Below, piece by piece: positions 25,560-39,660 of a stretch of DNA of 64,000 bases. The notes below the pieces were generated by a model. It made no database searches. It saw only the letters and a program-made list of their open reading frames with translations, and was not told where the DNA came from. Source of the stretch: Octopus vulgaris (lineage: Eukaryota); assembly GCA_951406725.2 (NCBI GenBank), contig OX597815.1, positions 127,720,001-127,784,000 of the forward strand, in the 5' to 3' direction. The first letter of the stretch is position 1, and each line of letters begins with the position of its first letter. Made by a program: the position numbers and the translations under genes.

Positions 25560-26350
25560 TTATCAAAAAGAGCACATCAACAGGGACAGATGACAGGAGG
25601 AGAAAGTACCTAACTGAGAGAAAGGTAAGTTGGGATGAAATATGGAAGTCCAGTACAACAAAACTAAGTTTTTTTATTTGTTCATCCTGTGATGTCTTAC
25701 AAACCTGGTGAGATGGAGAGTATCAAAGAGTGATAAATGCAGATGCAGGGAAACTAGTAACACTGAAACACATCCTTTCCAACTGTTTACTGGTGTTGGA
25801 CGAATATACCTGAAGGTACACTTCAATGCTGTAAAGAACCAAATAGTTCAAATCCAAAGTGGCAAGAAACTACACAGGAAACTAGTTAGAGATTTTATCC
25901 CCTTCATTCATCTGGAACAGCAGTTCCATTTTGAGTTTCTTTGAGCAATGAAAACTGGAATGGTTCTTGAGAGGTGGCCATAGATTAGCCAAGGTGCCAA
26001 AGATTCTTCCCCATTCCAATTACAAAGAAAGCAGATATTGTCATCACGTGTGAGGAAAAGAAAACAGTAAATCAATTTAAGCTAATAGTTTTCCATAAAG
26101 ATAACACAGATGCTGCTCGGACTTGAAAGGTCAATTGTTACGAATATCTTTTTGAGGAATGTAAAGATACATTTAGGAAAGCAAAATATTATCCAATTAA
26201 AGTTAGATGTAGAGGATTCCTTGGAAGCAGTATGAGGTAATGGTTGTTGTTGCTAACTCAACATAAACAAATACCATCATTTGCAATATCCAGTTTACAG
26301 AGAGAAAGGCAAGCCAGTGAATTTGATTAAAAAATGATGATGAGCAATGT
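25560..26350 (+). mobile_element. Decayed C-terminal fragment of a HERO/NeSL-like non-LTR element
   Basis: Frameshifted remnants of DVL, CRC...TLKHILSNC, gcagatattgtcatc (PDIVI-like) and KVRCRGF (EVGCRGF-like). Confidence 0.6.
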
Positions 26351-26589
26351 CTAGAAGAATACTGAGTGAAGATTTAGCAAGTGGGCCTCTTCTCAGTGAG
26401 GGGAGGGTAGCTAGTGCATAAGAATGCCATTGAGAGGAAGACCTTGAAACAGTGTGCATTCTCTCCTGATGACTCCAGACACCTGTTATGTTCAGCATAC
26501 AGTGCTTTCAACTCATAGTACTTGTATGTGCAAGTTGTTTGCAAATATATATATATTTATACTGCATGTTTACATAACCAACCAGACTA

Positions 26590-26805
26590 TCAGATGCTGT
26601 TACACATCACTGGTCACAATGCACTTTGCATCATTTTAGCCAACCCACTGGCTTGACAAGCAGATCAACACTCCCTCTTGATCAAAAGTGGATGGAGCAA
26701 CATGAAAGTGTTTTGCTTAGGGAATACAATGCACTGCCTGGTCTGGGAATCAAATCCACAATCTAGCAATTTTGAGTGCAAAAGCCTAACCACTAGGCCA
26801 TGCAC
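26590..26805 (-). mobile_element. Decayed tRNA-derived SINE (third family)
   Basis: On the minus strand, A-box-like gcatggcctagtggttagg and B-box-like gatttgattcccaga. Confidence 0.5.
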
Positions 26806-26867
26806 TTTCATCTATATTTAAATATGTAGGCATGTGAATTTGTTTGTCTGTATATATGTACACACAC

Positions 26868-26901
<34 letters not shown>

Positions 26902-26904
26902 GTT

Positions 26905-27020
26905 GTGAGTCCCACTGCATGGCACCTTGGGCAAGTGTCTTCTATTATAGCCTCGGGCCGACCAAAGCCTTGTAAGTGGATTTGGTAGAAGGAAAATGAA
27001 AGAAGCCCGTAGTATATATG

Positions 27021-27093
<73 letters not shown>

Positions 27094-27325
27094 GTGTGTA
27101 TATGTTTGTGTGTCTTTTTGTCCTCCCCTCCCCCCCAGCATCACAATTAATGGTGGTGTGTTTACGTTCACATAACTTGACAGTTCGTCAAAAGAGTCTG
27201 ACAGAGTAGGTACTAAGCATCCAAAGAATAAGTCCTGGGGTCGATTTGCTCGACTAAGGGTGGTGTTCTAGCATGGCCAGAGTCAAATGACTGAAACAAG
27301 TAAAATAATAAAAGAGTAAAAGAGA
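26905..27325 (+). mobile_element. tRNA-derived SINE (family B) with expanded internal (TA)n
   Basis: agtcccactgcatggcaccttgggcaagtgtcttct...gaagcccgt...gcatggcc...atgactgaaacaagtaaaa. Confidence 0.75.
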
Positions 27326-27624
27326 GCCTATAAATGACTAAAGGTGGACTGACTCATTGTTATAAAATTAAGAACTGTGAGCAACTGGTAATTCAGGTTG
27401 GTAAGCAGTTCACTGTGAGCTGTGGTTGAGAGTGTTGAGTCTCATGTAATATTAACAGTAGTGCATTGTGTAAATACTTTCTTTTCCTCTTGCTTGTTAT
27501 ATTATATATCCAACATACAAGGATATAAATAAAAGTGGCGTAGAGTTGTTTGAAGCTTGTGTTGGATGTTTAAAATTAATTTTGGTTTCTGTTTTGGTAC
27601 AAAACCAAGGAAAATTCATTTAAC

Positions 27625-29975
27625 ATGGAGAACATATTGGCCTCTGTGGTGCATTTGCAACAGTAACAGCACCAACGTCAACAGCAACTACAGTAGCAGC
27701 AACAGCAGTTACAACAGCAACTACAGCAGCAGCAGCAACCACAACAGCAACAAAAACAACAGTTGTTGGAACTGATATTGAAGATGTCTGAAAATACTTC
27801 CGGTTCATACTCGACAGACAGCACAGCCAGACTCAGTTGAGGAATTCGGCTATAATCCAGATGAAGGGATTACCGTCTTTGCATGTTTTCACAGATATGA
27901 AGAAATCTACAAAGAAGAGTGTAAAAGTTGGTCCAATGAGAAAAAAGTATGACTACTTTTAAGAAAGTCATCACCTACCAATGAAAAATAGAGTAATTAT
28001 ATTCTGCTAAAGAAACCAGGTGAGATTTGTTTCAATGGAACAATTTTTTATCAAAAATTTTCAGGGAAAGAAGTTCCCTGTTCAATACTCACTGGCAATG
28101 TTTAAATTTGGTCAAAAAAGATGATGAAGACTTCGAATAATCTGCTGGAAAACGATATGAAGTGGTATTTTTTGGAAAATTGTCCAAAGGTGTTTGACAA
28201 AATATAAAAAAAATATTGGGGAGGAATTTCAACCGTGTTTCGTGGTCTGCTACCAAACAGCTTTATAGGATCCAGTTAGCTCAAGACATCGTCAGGAGGA
28301 ACTAAGTCCAGTTTCGGCCCCTACTCCTCTACCGTTTTGACATGGCAGGGCCCCCACTTTCGGAGGTGTCTTCAGCTCTGGTATTGGGTGCATGTCTTCT
28401 TTCTTCTGTTCCCTGGCCTCTTCGATATAGTGTCAATGACTGTCAGCAGGCAACTGACTGTCTTGTCAAATTTTTTCCTTTAAATACCTGCTGCTAGGCT
28501 TCAGACGCTGTAGCTTCAGACACTTCTGAGTATGATATAGGAACAGTAATGCTACATAATGATGGTAACATGAAAGCAGTGGTTCATGCCTAATGTACTC
28601 TGATATAAGCAGAGAAAAATTATAGCCAAATTGAAAAAGAAGCTCTAGCGATTATTTTTGCCTTGATAAAATTTCAGATTTTTACACAGTAGAAGTTTTC
28701 ATCTACAGACTGATCAGAATTCATTATTATTGATATTTGGTTCAAAGAAAGGAATCCCTACCTATATTGTTAATAGATTGCAATACAGAGGTACAATATT
28801 ATTAAACTATGGTTTCAAGATGGAGTATATACCATCCAAGAAATTAGATCATGCAGAGTGTCTGTCAAAACTGATTTCGAAAAATGTGGAACCACTTGAA
28901 GATACTGCGATTGCTTCTATGCAAGCGGAAAATGAAATTAAAAATGTTTTGAGTAACATCATTCGAGAACTGACAGTTACTTTACAAGACATGAAATTAA
29001 AATTGAAAAACAATAAATTCATTATAAAAATGAAAGAAATACTGAAGGCTAAAAGAGATAAAAATATTTGCAACATAAATGCAAACCATTTCTCACTGTG
29101 TGACAATGTGTTGATGTATGTACAAAGAGTCATAGTACCAGCCTCAGGACAAAAGCAGTTACAGGAATTTCATATTGGTCACCCAGGGATTTCAAAAATG
29201 AAATCGTTAATGAGAAGTTATGTATACTGGCCAACAATGAACTGTGACATTGAAGAATCAGTGAAAGCATGCAGAGAGTGTGCCTTAGCTGCAAAAGCAC
29301 CTACCACTAAATGGCAACCCTGGCCAAAAACAGATGTTCCATGGGCCAGACTGCATGTTGATTATGCAGGTTCACTTGAGGGTTCTTGTGGTGAACAGTT
29401 ATCCAATGTGGACAGAAGTGCATAAATGTAAAAAGCTGACATCTGTGGTTACAATAAATTTTTTAGATGAATTGTTCACCAGGTATGGTCTTCCTGATAC
29501 CATTGTATTTGAAAATGGAACTCAATTTATGTCAGACGAGTTCAGAAAATTTTGTAAAATGTCTGTCATCAAACATGCCACCACTCTGCAATATCATCCT
29601 AGCTCAAATGAACAAGTGGAACATTTTGTTGAGACTTTCAAGAAGGCACTGGAAAAGGTGAACAATGAAGTGATGGACATTTCAACATTCTAAGAGTGTA
29701 CAGATTAACTCCTAATCCAAATACACTGTCGGGAATGTCATCCACAGAAATGATATTTGCTAGGCAGGTCAGATCAATCTTTGATAAGCTGATACCCAGT
29801 GAAAATAATAAAAAGGCAAACAACAAGAATACTTCAAAATTCTTCAAGTTAGATGACAAAGTTATTTTTTTAAAACCTATAGATAAGAAAGTTGGGAGAA
29901 TGGCATACTGCAAATACACAACTATAAAACACCCTCTCCTATATGATGCACCCGACTTACAAGGTTCAAAATGAG
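27625..29975 (+). mobile_element. Decayed Gypsy (Mag/K02A2.6-like) internal region: gag, RNase H, integrase; protease and RT absent
   Basis: gag F.YNPDEGIT; AEKNYSQIEKEALAIIFA; FHIGHPGISKMKSLMRSYVYWP; PWARLHVDYAG; NGTQF; many stops. No second LTR found. Confidence 0.85.
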
Positions 29976-30559
29976 AATTTTATCATTGCCATGACTATAA
30001 GTCACAGTGACTTTTTTGATGTTGGAGAGCAAAGTTTGATTAGGAATCATGCCAACATAATTGTTATTCAGTAATCATGTTTTCAGTAAGCTGAAGATGA
30101 TTTACTACAACTGTTAACCCATTAAGTCCATGCATTTTAGAAACCGTTGTTTATAATATCAAAATTTATCCATGACTAGACTACCCATGACCCATTGGAT
30201 CACCGGGAAACTGACTTTCCCAACAATGGAGTTTTGTTTTGTGGCTTTTTTTTTCTTTTCCAGGTTTTTCGCATGCTTTCAAAGAATGTGGCATTGAAAT
30301 CATATGTAAACAGCTCCTATTCCCCAAAAGTATTATAAGTATAACAGTTGTTTCTGGAAACTTGGAGATCCATCATAATGTTGGGAGCTGTAGCCTGTCA
30401 CAATATGCTGGCCATAATGAAACCAATGAACATTGGATAAACCAAACCTTCATCATCAGGGTAGAAATTATTTTACATTTCAGATCACAGTGCAGAGAAG
30501 TTCAAAGGTGGAATGATTAAATGGGGAGTCAGCAGTATATTAGGGAGGAAGAAGGAGGC

Positions 30560-32390
30560 TTGTATATTCAAAGCAGAGACCTCACTGTCCAGTTGGTCCC
30601 CTTTACAATCATCACACAAGCCAGATTACTGACTGTACAGAACCCATTGCTGAATGCTATGCAGGAACTGTTACTGTTGAAAACCAAAATGTAGCATCTC
30701 CACCAGCTCTGACACCAAATTCCATTACAACTATGAAACTTACACCTTCAATGCTGAAACATCACCTTAAGAATAAGTGCAAATATCTCTCCTGATCTTG
30801 ATGAAGTTTTATGCCTGCTTCTCAAATGTGGTGAGTACTTTCTGCTGCACCAGTTTTCACTCTTCTTTCAGATCTGTCTTAACAATGATGCTACTAGTGT
30901 CATTCCTCTGTTCAGAAAGTGTAAGCACATGTCGCCTGTCAACTATTGTCAAGTCAGTCTCACTAGCTGCATTGCCAAACTGTGTCAGAGAAATGCTGTA
31001 TCAGAGAAACACTCTGGAACTTCTGGAATTCTCACAGCCTTATCCAGCCCTCACAATTTGGATTTATCCCTAACTCCAGCTGCTGTGATCAAATTATTGA
31101 GTTTCATGAAGACATCACTTGGGTCACTGATGGCAGTTTATGGGTAGATGTTGTTTACCTTGACTTTGCTAAAGCTTTTAATTCTGTGCCACACAAAAGA
31201 ATTATGGTAAAACTCTCTGAAATGGGTGTGAAAGATGATCTTTTTAACTAGATGGAGTCTTTCATTCTCAGCCGAAAAGAGGTAGTAATGGTTCTAGGAT
31301 AGCATTCTTCACCTTATGAGATATCATCTGGTGTACTGCAGGGATCTGTTCTTGGTCCCCTGTTGTTTGTTGCATACATTAATGACATAGATGCCACAGT
31401 GCTAAAATATGCAGATAACATCAAGCTGTACCTTAAGATAAAAAGAACAGATCCTGAATACTATAGATCTTTCCTGCAATCAGACCTGGACACAATGAAA
31501 CAATGGATCATGGACTGGTAACTGAAAGCTGGCTGTGGACAAGTGTACCACCATGCATTTTGGAAGGAAAAACCCAGTGTCCACATACTCTCTCCACAAT
31601 ACTAATATCAAGCAGTTTTATTGTGAACGTGACCTGAGCATTACTGTCAGCAGTGATTTGCACTGAGCAAACCACATCTCTAAAATTATCAAGAAGGACG
31701 CAGGTGTCTTGGCATCACTCAGCAAGACCTTTGTCAGCCATTCTCCAGCTATTTATCTAAGGCTGTATATGGCTATGGTGCAACCACACTCGGAATTTGC
31801 ATCACTGGTCTGGAACCCCTATCTTGCTCAGGACATTGACCTCCTGGAAACTGTTCAGAGACATGCAACCAAGTGAATACCCTCCATCAGGCATCTACCG
31901 TACTCTGAATGTCTTGCTTCCTTGAGCATTGAAGCTCCAAAATCTGGCAACTGGCTTGGTAAACACCCACAAAATTATTAACCATTGTGCCAACAACCAT
32001 CTTGAGCACCTTTTTGAGTTCCATATGTCTAACACATGTGGACATGCTTACAAAGTCAGAAAATAGCACAGCTCCCATGACTTTCAGAAACATTTTTTTA
32101 CACTCAGAGTCGTTGAAGCATGGAACAAACTACCTACATCAGTTGTTAGTTGCCGAGATATTCCAGCCTTTAAAACCTTCATGCTTCTTGAAATTCACCA
32201 ACATTATACTTGATATCCTCTCCCTCTATAAGCATGCACTCATGTATATCATGACTCATACACTGTTCACTTTCCTGACTTTTGTACATAATTCTATGTA
32301 CTGTACATGCACTTTAGATGAGTTGTAGTGCATCTGCACTATACACAATAAGTTCATCATTATTATTATTATTATCATTATTATTATTAT
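30560..32390 (+). mobile_element. Decayed CR1-type LINE (RT to 3' tail)
   Basis: SQFGF, YLDFAKAFNSVPH, SGVLQGSVLGPLLF, KYADNIKL, VWNP...LETVQR and a (tta)n tail; a matching 3' UTR piece is at 40560-40660. Confidence 0.85.
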
Positions 32391-32867
32391 ATGGAGTATT
32401 AATAACAGTGGAGGAAGTAAGGAGTTATAAGTCCAACATCTGCTTCTGGGGGATCTCTGAGCTTCCAGAAACAGTTGTTGGACTCATAACACCTTACTTC
32501 CTCCTCATTAAATTTTTTGTCATTTGTACTCTGTGTAAGTTGGATTCATTAATATAAATATCTCTATATTTATACACAACTGTTCATCATCTGAAAGTTT
32601 CCACACTTTGCTTTCTCTCATTTTGCATGTATACATATATACATGTCTTATATTTCATACCCAAACTGTTATATTTAATGTATTTAATTTGTTAATCCTC
32701 ATAATTGCCTGCATATTAGCTCAACTTGATCCCTCCTATAGCCATTCTTTACTCTGTGGAATTGATCCCCTGTAATGACATTGGAGTCTAAGTTTGAAAG
32801 ATTTGAGCACTACTAAGTGTCTTCTATACAGAAAATCTCTGGATCTCATCTATTGATTATATATATA

Positions 32868-34110
32868 CAGGGTTTGGAGAAAATAATGGAAACATCTAGC
32901 ATCATAGCATCATAATAATTTTGAAATATCTGTAAAACAGTCAAAAGCTTGTTTATTTTTATGTTTTTTGATTTATTATTAGTGTTGCTTAATATTTTTT
33001 GCTAAAATTGCTGTTTCTTTTCAGATATCATCAGAAAAAGGTAAAGGTAATTAAAATTCATTAAAATGACAGATCTATCAAACTTTCAACGAGGTCGAAT
33101 TGTTGGTGCTCATATGGCAGGTGCTAGTGTAATGAAAACAACCAAAATGTTTGGTGTATCAAGAAGTACTGTCTCGAAAGTAATGACAGCCTTTGAGAAA
33201 GAGGGGAAAAACCTCCTCATCGAAACAAAACACCAGAACAAAAACAAAACTTTCAGATAGGGACCGATGGACTTGCACACAAATTATTAGAAAGGATCAC
33301 AAAAGTACAGCTCCCAAAATTACTGCAGAACTTAATGATCACCTTGAGAACCCAGTTTCCACAAAAACTGTTCACCAGGAGCTGTACAAAGCCAGATTTC
33401 ACAGGAGGGCTGCAATCAGAAAACCACTACTTTCAAAAACAAGCATTGCAAAAAAGCGTTTAAAGTTGAGTAAAAACCTACAGAATTGGTTCCTTTACCA
33501 TATTTCTGACCACTGGCCGAGTATACGTGTGGAGACAGACAAAAGAAGCATTTGACCCAGACAGCCTTCTTCCAACTGTTAAACATGGAGGAGGATCTGT
33601 GATGATCTGGTGGGGGTTGTATCTTGGAAATCTGCCGACCCAATGGTTTCTCTTTATGGCAGAATTAATAGTGAAGACTATTTAAGCATTTTATCTGATC
33701 AAATTCATCATATGGTTGCAGAACTGTTTCTGGAGGGAAACAAAATCTTTCAGGATGATAATGCACCAATTTGCACATCTAAAGTTGTTACTGGTTGGCA
33801 AGAGGAACATTCTAGTGAAGCTGAACATCTTATCTGGCCACCACAGTCCCCAGAACTCGATATTATTGAACATTTATAGTGCATTTTAGAAAAGTAAGTA
33901 AGGAGTCGATATCCTCCACCATCATCACTACAAGAACTGGAGACTGTTTCAGCTGAAGAATTGACAAAAATTCCTTTGGAAACAATTCTAACTTTGTATG
34001 AGTCCATATCTCGTAGAAGTCAAACTGTAATTACTGCCAAAGGCAGTCCTACCCAATATTAAAATAAATTTGAAATTTTAAGATGTTTCCATTATTTTGT
34101 CCCACCCCTG
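32868..34110 (+). mobile_element. Tc1-type DNA transposon with DD36E spacing, frameshifted
   Basis: 30-bp TIRs (27/30 identical) preceded by TA; MTDLSNFQRGRIVGA HTH, TVKHGGGSVMIWG, FQDDNAP...WPPQSPELDIIE. Confidence 0.9.
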
Positions 34111-34153
34111 CATATATATGTATATATATGTATATATATATGATGATGATGAT

Positions 34154-34199
<46 letters not shown>

Positions 34200-34557
34200 T
34201 GCGCACACATACAGTACTCCAATTTTAATTACAAGACATTGGCCAGTAAGCTCAAGACTTCCAATAGAAAAGTTGGCAAAGGTTTCAGACAGAGATAGAA
34301 CTTGAGACCATGTGGTAACAAACCAACCTCCATTACCCTGCAGTCTCAAGTTTTATCTCACTGTACTGCACTTTATATCTTAAAATTGGAAAACTTGTTT
34401 ACCATATTTTTAAATGACAGTAAGCTATGTTAAAGGATAATGTATAAAATATGAAGGGGATAGCAACAGATTTGAAGTTTATTTGTACAATACTAAATTT
34501 CATCCCATGCTTATATCAAGTTACATTCATTCAAATTAAACTCAAGAACATACCTAC

Positions 34558-34722
34558 CTTAAATGTCATTTGTTTTCTCTTTTCATAATCAAGTTCATCA
34601 GTATTATTAACACTCAGAGCTACATTTGTTTCTGTTACTGATTCTACTGGAATAACTTTAAGAGCAGTGAATGGTTTACCATCCAAAGTTTTCAAGCTAA
34701 GACTGAATTTACTGTACTCCAC
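34558..34722 (-). CDS. Cadherin exon 6 (VEYSKFSLSL...VALSVNNTDELDYEKRKQMTFK)
   Basis: Acceptor tgttttag, donor gtaggt, 165 nt, phase 0/0; LDYE motif. Confidence 0.92.
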
Positions 34723-35084
34723 CTAAAACAAACAAAGGCATGTCCCTCTCTTGAATAAGCATGTATTGTTGATATATCAATAATCAGAAATATCCAAATA
34801 TAATCAGAACATATTGCAAAGACTAATGATCTTATTTATTTTTTCCTTTTTACATCAGCAGCAGAGGTAGTTCATGAAAAAGTACTTCATTATGTTAGTA
34901 GAATGAGTAGAAAGAAAATTCATAAATTCTTGGACAAATTTGTAAATAAGATTATAAATTCTAAATTGTTGACCTAAAATTAATTTTTAAACAATTTAAT
35001 ATAATGTTATTTTCTTAGGAAATTTCTGTCTTTGTTAAAATTCAAAGAACAATGAGACTTAAAATTATCATGTGAATAATAATC

Positions 35085-35230
35085 CTTTCTAATATAGGCA
35101 CAAGGCCTGAAATCAGATGGACCCCAGTGTTTCACTGGTACTTAATTAATCAACCCTGAAAGGATAAAATGCAAAGCCAAATTCAGAACGTAATGGTAGG
35201 TGAAATACCACGAAGAATTTCGCTTGGCAT
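35085..35230 (-). mobile_element. Family A SINE, internally deleted
   Basis: aatataggcacaaggcctgaaat...accccagtgtttcactggtactt...gaaaggat. Confidence 0.65.
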
Positions 35231-36077
35231 GCTCACAATTCTGCCAGCTCAAATGAAAATGGTTCTTATTCAATTACAGAAAATTAAACTGAAGTAGAAA
35301 AAGTTGTTTCCTCTGTATAATTCGTTTCTGTGGAATAGTTTTTAAAAAAAGTATAACGTAGTATGTAGTTTCTAATCATTGCAAGAATATATTCTTTATG
35401 TTCAGTGTGGTACTTCACCATTTAAGCGTTAAGGGCCAACCATAAAAACAACAGTAAATTTCAACTCAGAATTGTATAGCCAATAGTCCAGACCCCTTAG
35501 CTATATCAGGCCCTTATACTTCATTATAATTCAATACACAAGTACATTAACCTACACACATTTCAATGATATTTGCATTATAAACTAATATTTTGTTCTT
35601 ACAGTGATATCTATGCTATTTATTATTTGCACTTTCTTTTATAAGGAGGAGGATTAACACCCATGACCTTTGCAGGAGAAATAGTGGAGTAGCAAAATCA
35701 TTAAATATTGTTATAACTCTTAGAAGATCAGATCTACTTATAGACTACTCACAGATTTAGTTTTTAGCCCTAGCAAATCATAGCAGACTAAAATTTTTTT
35801 TATCAAATTATAGTATAGTATACATAACTCTTGGCTAAACCAACTCCTTATCAAGTTATTCGAATCTTAAGATATTTTTGTAACTCTACAACTTTTTGTA
35901 ACTCTAGCAGTTCGTACTTTATGTGTTCTATTTTAAATAAAGTAAATCTGTTGTAACCCATTCTACCCTTCCAAACTTGCCAGAAATGCTAAAACTCAGT
36001 GAAACCCATGATAGTGTTTCTCTATTTCTTACTGCTACCATTTCCTCTCTCTATCTCTGTTCCAGTCCCTCAAGAAA

Positions 36078-36318
36078 TATTGGTTTCAAATTTTGGCACA
36101 AGGCCAACAATTTTGAAGGAGGGGTTAAGTCAGTTACATCAACCCCAGTGTCCAACTGGTACTTATTTTATTGCCCCACCACTACCACCAACACCTAAAA
36201 AAATGGATGAAAAGCAAAGTTGACCTCAGCAGAATTTGAACTCAAAACATGAAGATGGACAAAATGCCACCAAGCATTTTGCATGGCATGCTAACGATTC
36301 TGTCAGCTTGCTGCCTTA
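36078..36318 (-). mobile_element. Family A SINE
   Basis: ggcacaaggcc...actggtacttatttt...gcaaagttgacctcagcagaatttgaactc. Confidence 0.75.
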
Positions 36319-36861
36319 GTCCCTTAAGAAATATTACTTATAGTTTATAATCTTTCTTTCTAGAGACGATCTCAGAGAGAAACTTTCTTCCATCAGTTTC
36401 ATCTCAATAGCATATCTCAAAAAAAAGCTCTGGATTGCCAGCAAATTTTAGCATATTCTAATTTAGATTGTTGTGAATAGTCCACTTATTTTTGTTTCCA
36501 TTTCAGCTGCCAATAGACCCTTCAATTTTACTGTAGCAAAATGGATAACAAAATAAATGAAAGTCTTTTCTGTTACGTTGTACTTGTACAACAAACTGCA
36601 ACTCAACAGTGTACTATACAATTCTAATTCAGACTTAATTATTGTATATATCAGGAGTGTAACATTCATCAACTGCCCAATTTTCTGATCTAACAGGGCT
36701 ACCAAACAATAAGAAAACAAAATTTACTTTCCTATTTAAACTGCAAAATGCCATTTTAAAAAATGAGAGATTAAAATATTAAAATATTCATAAATTAAAA
36801 TACAAAAGATACAATAGGAAGAAGAATAATAAGATATGTGAGAAATGCAAAAATTCAGTAC

Positions 36862-37050
36862 CGTATCGTTGTCTTTTACAGTTATAATCTCATTTATTGT
36901 TACTGGATTATCCTTTGTAGTATTTTCATTGACCTTTGCAGTGAAAGAATTTTTATTGAAGAAGGGATCATTGTCATTCACATCTTCTACAAATATTGTG
37001 ATGTTTTTCGTGACACTATCACCTATTTTGTTATTTTTTATTTCATAAGC
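36862..37050 (-). CDS. Cadherin exon 5 (AYEIKNN...VEDVNDNDPFFNKNSFTAKVNEN...VKDNDT)
   Basis: Acceptor ttttatag, donor gtactg, 189 nt, phase 0/0; DVNDNxPxF motif. Confidence 0.93.
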
Positions 37051-37399
37051 CTATAAAATACAAGAGAAAAGCACTATAATGAATTAATTTATTTCAATGA
37101 AAATATTGGCAAACAATTTTAAACCTGAGACTGAATAAAAATTTCATGCAAATAACTTATTTTATAAATAGTTTCATAATGAATTCTACAGGCTTTTTCT
37201 TTTTCTTTTTTTAATATTTATTTTTAAATTGTATGATATTCATAAAGACTCCATAGTATGTATGCCCCTTCGAATTTAGATATCTTCTTTTTGCTCAAAT
37301 CAAAACCACGAGTGGAAGCATTCCAAAAGTGAGACCATTAAGTTATCCCCAATGATTGTGTAGTAGTACTATAGTTAGCTGCTACAAGGGTAAAGGAGA

Positions 37400-38810
37400 T
37401 GCCTTAAATAGAAACAACTACAAAGGTATCAAATTATTGGCCTAGCTCATGAACGTTACAGAGAGGGTTATGGCTCAATTGATTAGGAATGGAATTAGAA
37501 TAGATGAGATGCAATATGGTCTTGTGCCTGAGAAGAATAACACAGATACCCTCTTCCTCATGAGACAGCTGCAAGAGAAGTATCTGGCCAAATGTTAACT
37601 ATTGTACTTGCTTTTTGTCAACCTGGAGAAAGCTTTTGACAGAGTCCCTCACTCTGTTATCTGGTAGTCTCTAAGGAAGTTAGGATTAGATAAGTGGCTT
37701 GTTAGAGCTGTACATGCCATGTACAGATGTTTATGTAGGGTGGGAGTCAGTGACGAATGTAGTGTACAAGTAGGAGTCCATTAGGGTTCAGTTCTCAGTC
37801 CACTCTTGTTCATCATAGTACTCCAGGCCATGACACAGAAATTTAAAATTAGCTGCCTGTGGGAACTACTATATGCTGATGACCTTATTCTTGTTGCTGA
37901 ATCTGTATCAAAATTGGTGAAGAAATTCCAGGTATGGAAGCTAAACCTGGAATCAAAAGGCTTCAAAATTAAACTGGCAAAGACTTGTTATTAGCAAGAA
38001 CGTTAATAAGACTCTCTTTCCATCTGGTAAATAACCCTACTTAATATGTAGGAAAGGTGTTGGAAGAAATTCCATTCATTGCATCCAGTGTTAGTGATGC
38101 TTACATAAGAGGTGAAGCAGAATCACAGAGAGGTTAACAGAAAAAGTTGTGTTTGTATGTGGCAGATATGCAGGAACAGTGAACATTAAGGAGACATGGG
38201 AATTAGACTCTCTCAAATTCCCAGGAATCTCTCTTGAAGTTGTAGAGAGATTTTGTTCCTTTTGTGACTAAATTAACAGTGATGGAGGATGTTTTGAAAG
38301 TACTGTTGCGAGAATAAGAATATGATGAAGTTCAGAAAGCTATTACCTCTGTTGGCAACAAAAGGACTCTCTCTCAGAGGGAAAGGCAAATTACATAATA
38401 CTTGAATACAAACACTCAACTTCATGGTAGTGAAACATGGGTTCTGAATGAAGATGACATGCATAGACTAGAGAGGAATGATGCTCTTATGTTCTAATGG
38501 ATATGCAGCATAAGTGTACATGTATGACAAAGTGTAAATAGTCAGAGAGAAAAGTTGAGCATAAGAGTAATCAGATGCAACATGCAAAAGAGAAGAGTAT
38601 ACTGGTTTGGACATGTGATGTGTTTGAATGAAGATAGCTGTATAAAGAAAAGTTGATCACTTAAAGTTGATGGCAACTGTTGAAGAGGGTGACCCAGTAA
38701 GACAAGGAGAGGACTGATGTCAGTACATTGGGCCTCACAGAAGAGATGACAATGGACCAAGATGTTTGGTGATATGAGATTCTTGAGAAGACCTACCCAC
38801 TTCAGCAATG
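37400..38810 (+). mobile_element. Decayed RTE (family R) RT-to-3' fragment
   Basis: NNYKGIKLL, LEKAFDRVPH, GSVLSPLLFIIVL, LLYADDL, PHD remnant and WFGHV. Confidence 0.85.
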
Positions 38811-38819
38811 CAATATTAT

Positions 38820-39660
38820 TTTATACACTTAGTTTTTTTTACATGTTTACACTTTTAACACCTTCAAAGTATTCTTCATTTGAAGCAATGCATCTGTCTA
38901 GACACATTTTCCACTGTTCAAAGCAGTGTTGGAACTCCTGCAAAGTGATGCCTTTTAATGCTGGTCATTTTTTTCTTCACCCCTTCCACATCTTCAAATT
39001 CTGTAGCCCCAGATTTCATCACCAGTGATGAGCTTCAAAAAAATTCTGGATCAACTTCCAACTGTTCTTTCAGTTCACGATATACATTCAATTGTGTTTG
39101 CTATTGATTTTCTGTGAGCAAGCAAAGCACAAGTTTTGCTGCAATTCTTTTCATTTGCAATTCCTTGCTCAAAATTCATTGGCAGGAACTCCAAGACACA
39201 CCAGGCTTATCAACAAGTTCGTCAATTGTTTGGTGATGGTCCTCCAAGATAAGTTCATGAATTTTCATGATGTTTTCATTTGTTTGAGAAGTCAATGATT
39301 GCCCTGAATGAGGTTGATATTCAAGCAACAAGTGACCATTTCTAAAGCATGAAAACCACTCACAAACTTGTGTTTTGCTCATAGCAGCATCCTTGAAAAC
39401 TGTCTGAAATATCACAACTGTTTCCAGTGCTGTTTTCCCCAAAAATAAAAAGAATTTCATGGAAGCACATTGTTCCTTCATATCAGCCATCACAAAAAAC
39501 AACAAACAGAGGAAATGCGCAACAAAACAAAGATGCACCATGTGACAGTAAGATCCCAGACACCACAGATTGATGTTTTTGCATCAAGTGGCAGAATCCC
39601 AAACTACAATTGGCTTATGCTACAGAGAGTGTTTCTGGTTATTTTGGGTACCCCCATGTA
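38820..39660 (-). mobile_element. Internally deleted mariner-type transposon
   Basis: MADMKEQCASMKF...KTQVCEWFSCFRNG...IHELILED N-terminal HTH; a related 3' piece is at 41950-42190. Confidence 0.75.

Noticed and set aside
32740-32860. Possible Penelope terminus with a hammerhead remnant
   Set aside because: The core is too degraded to assign stems.
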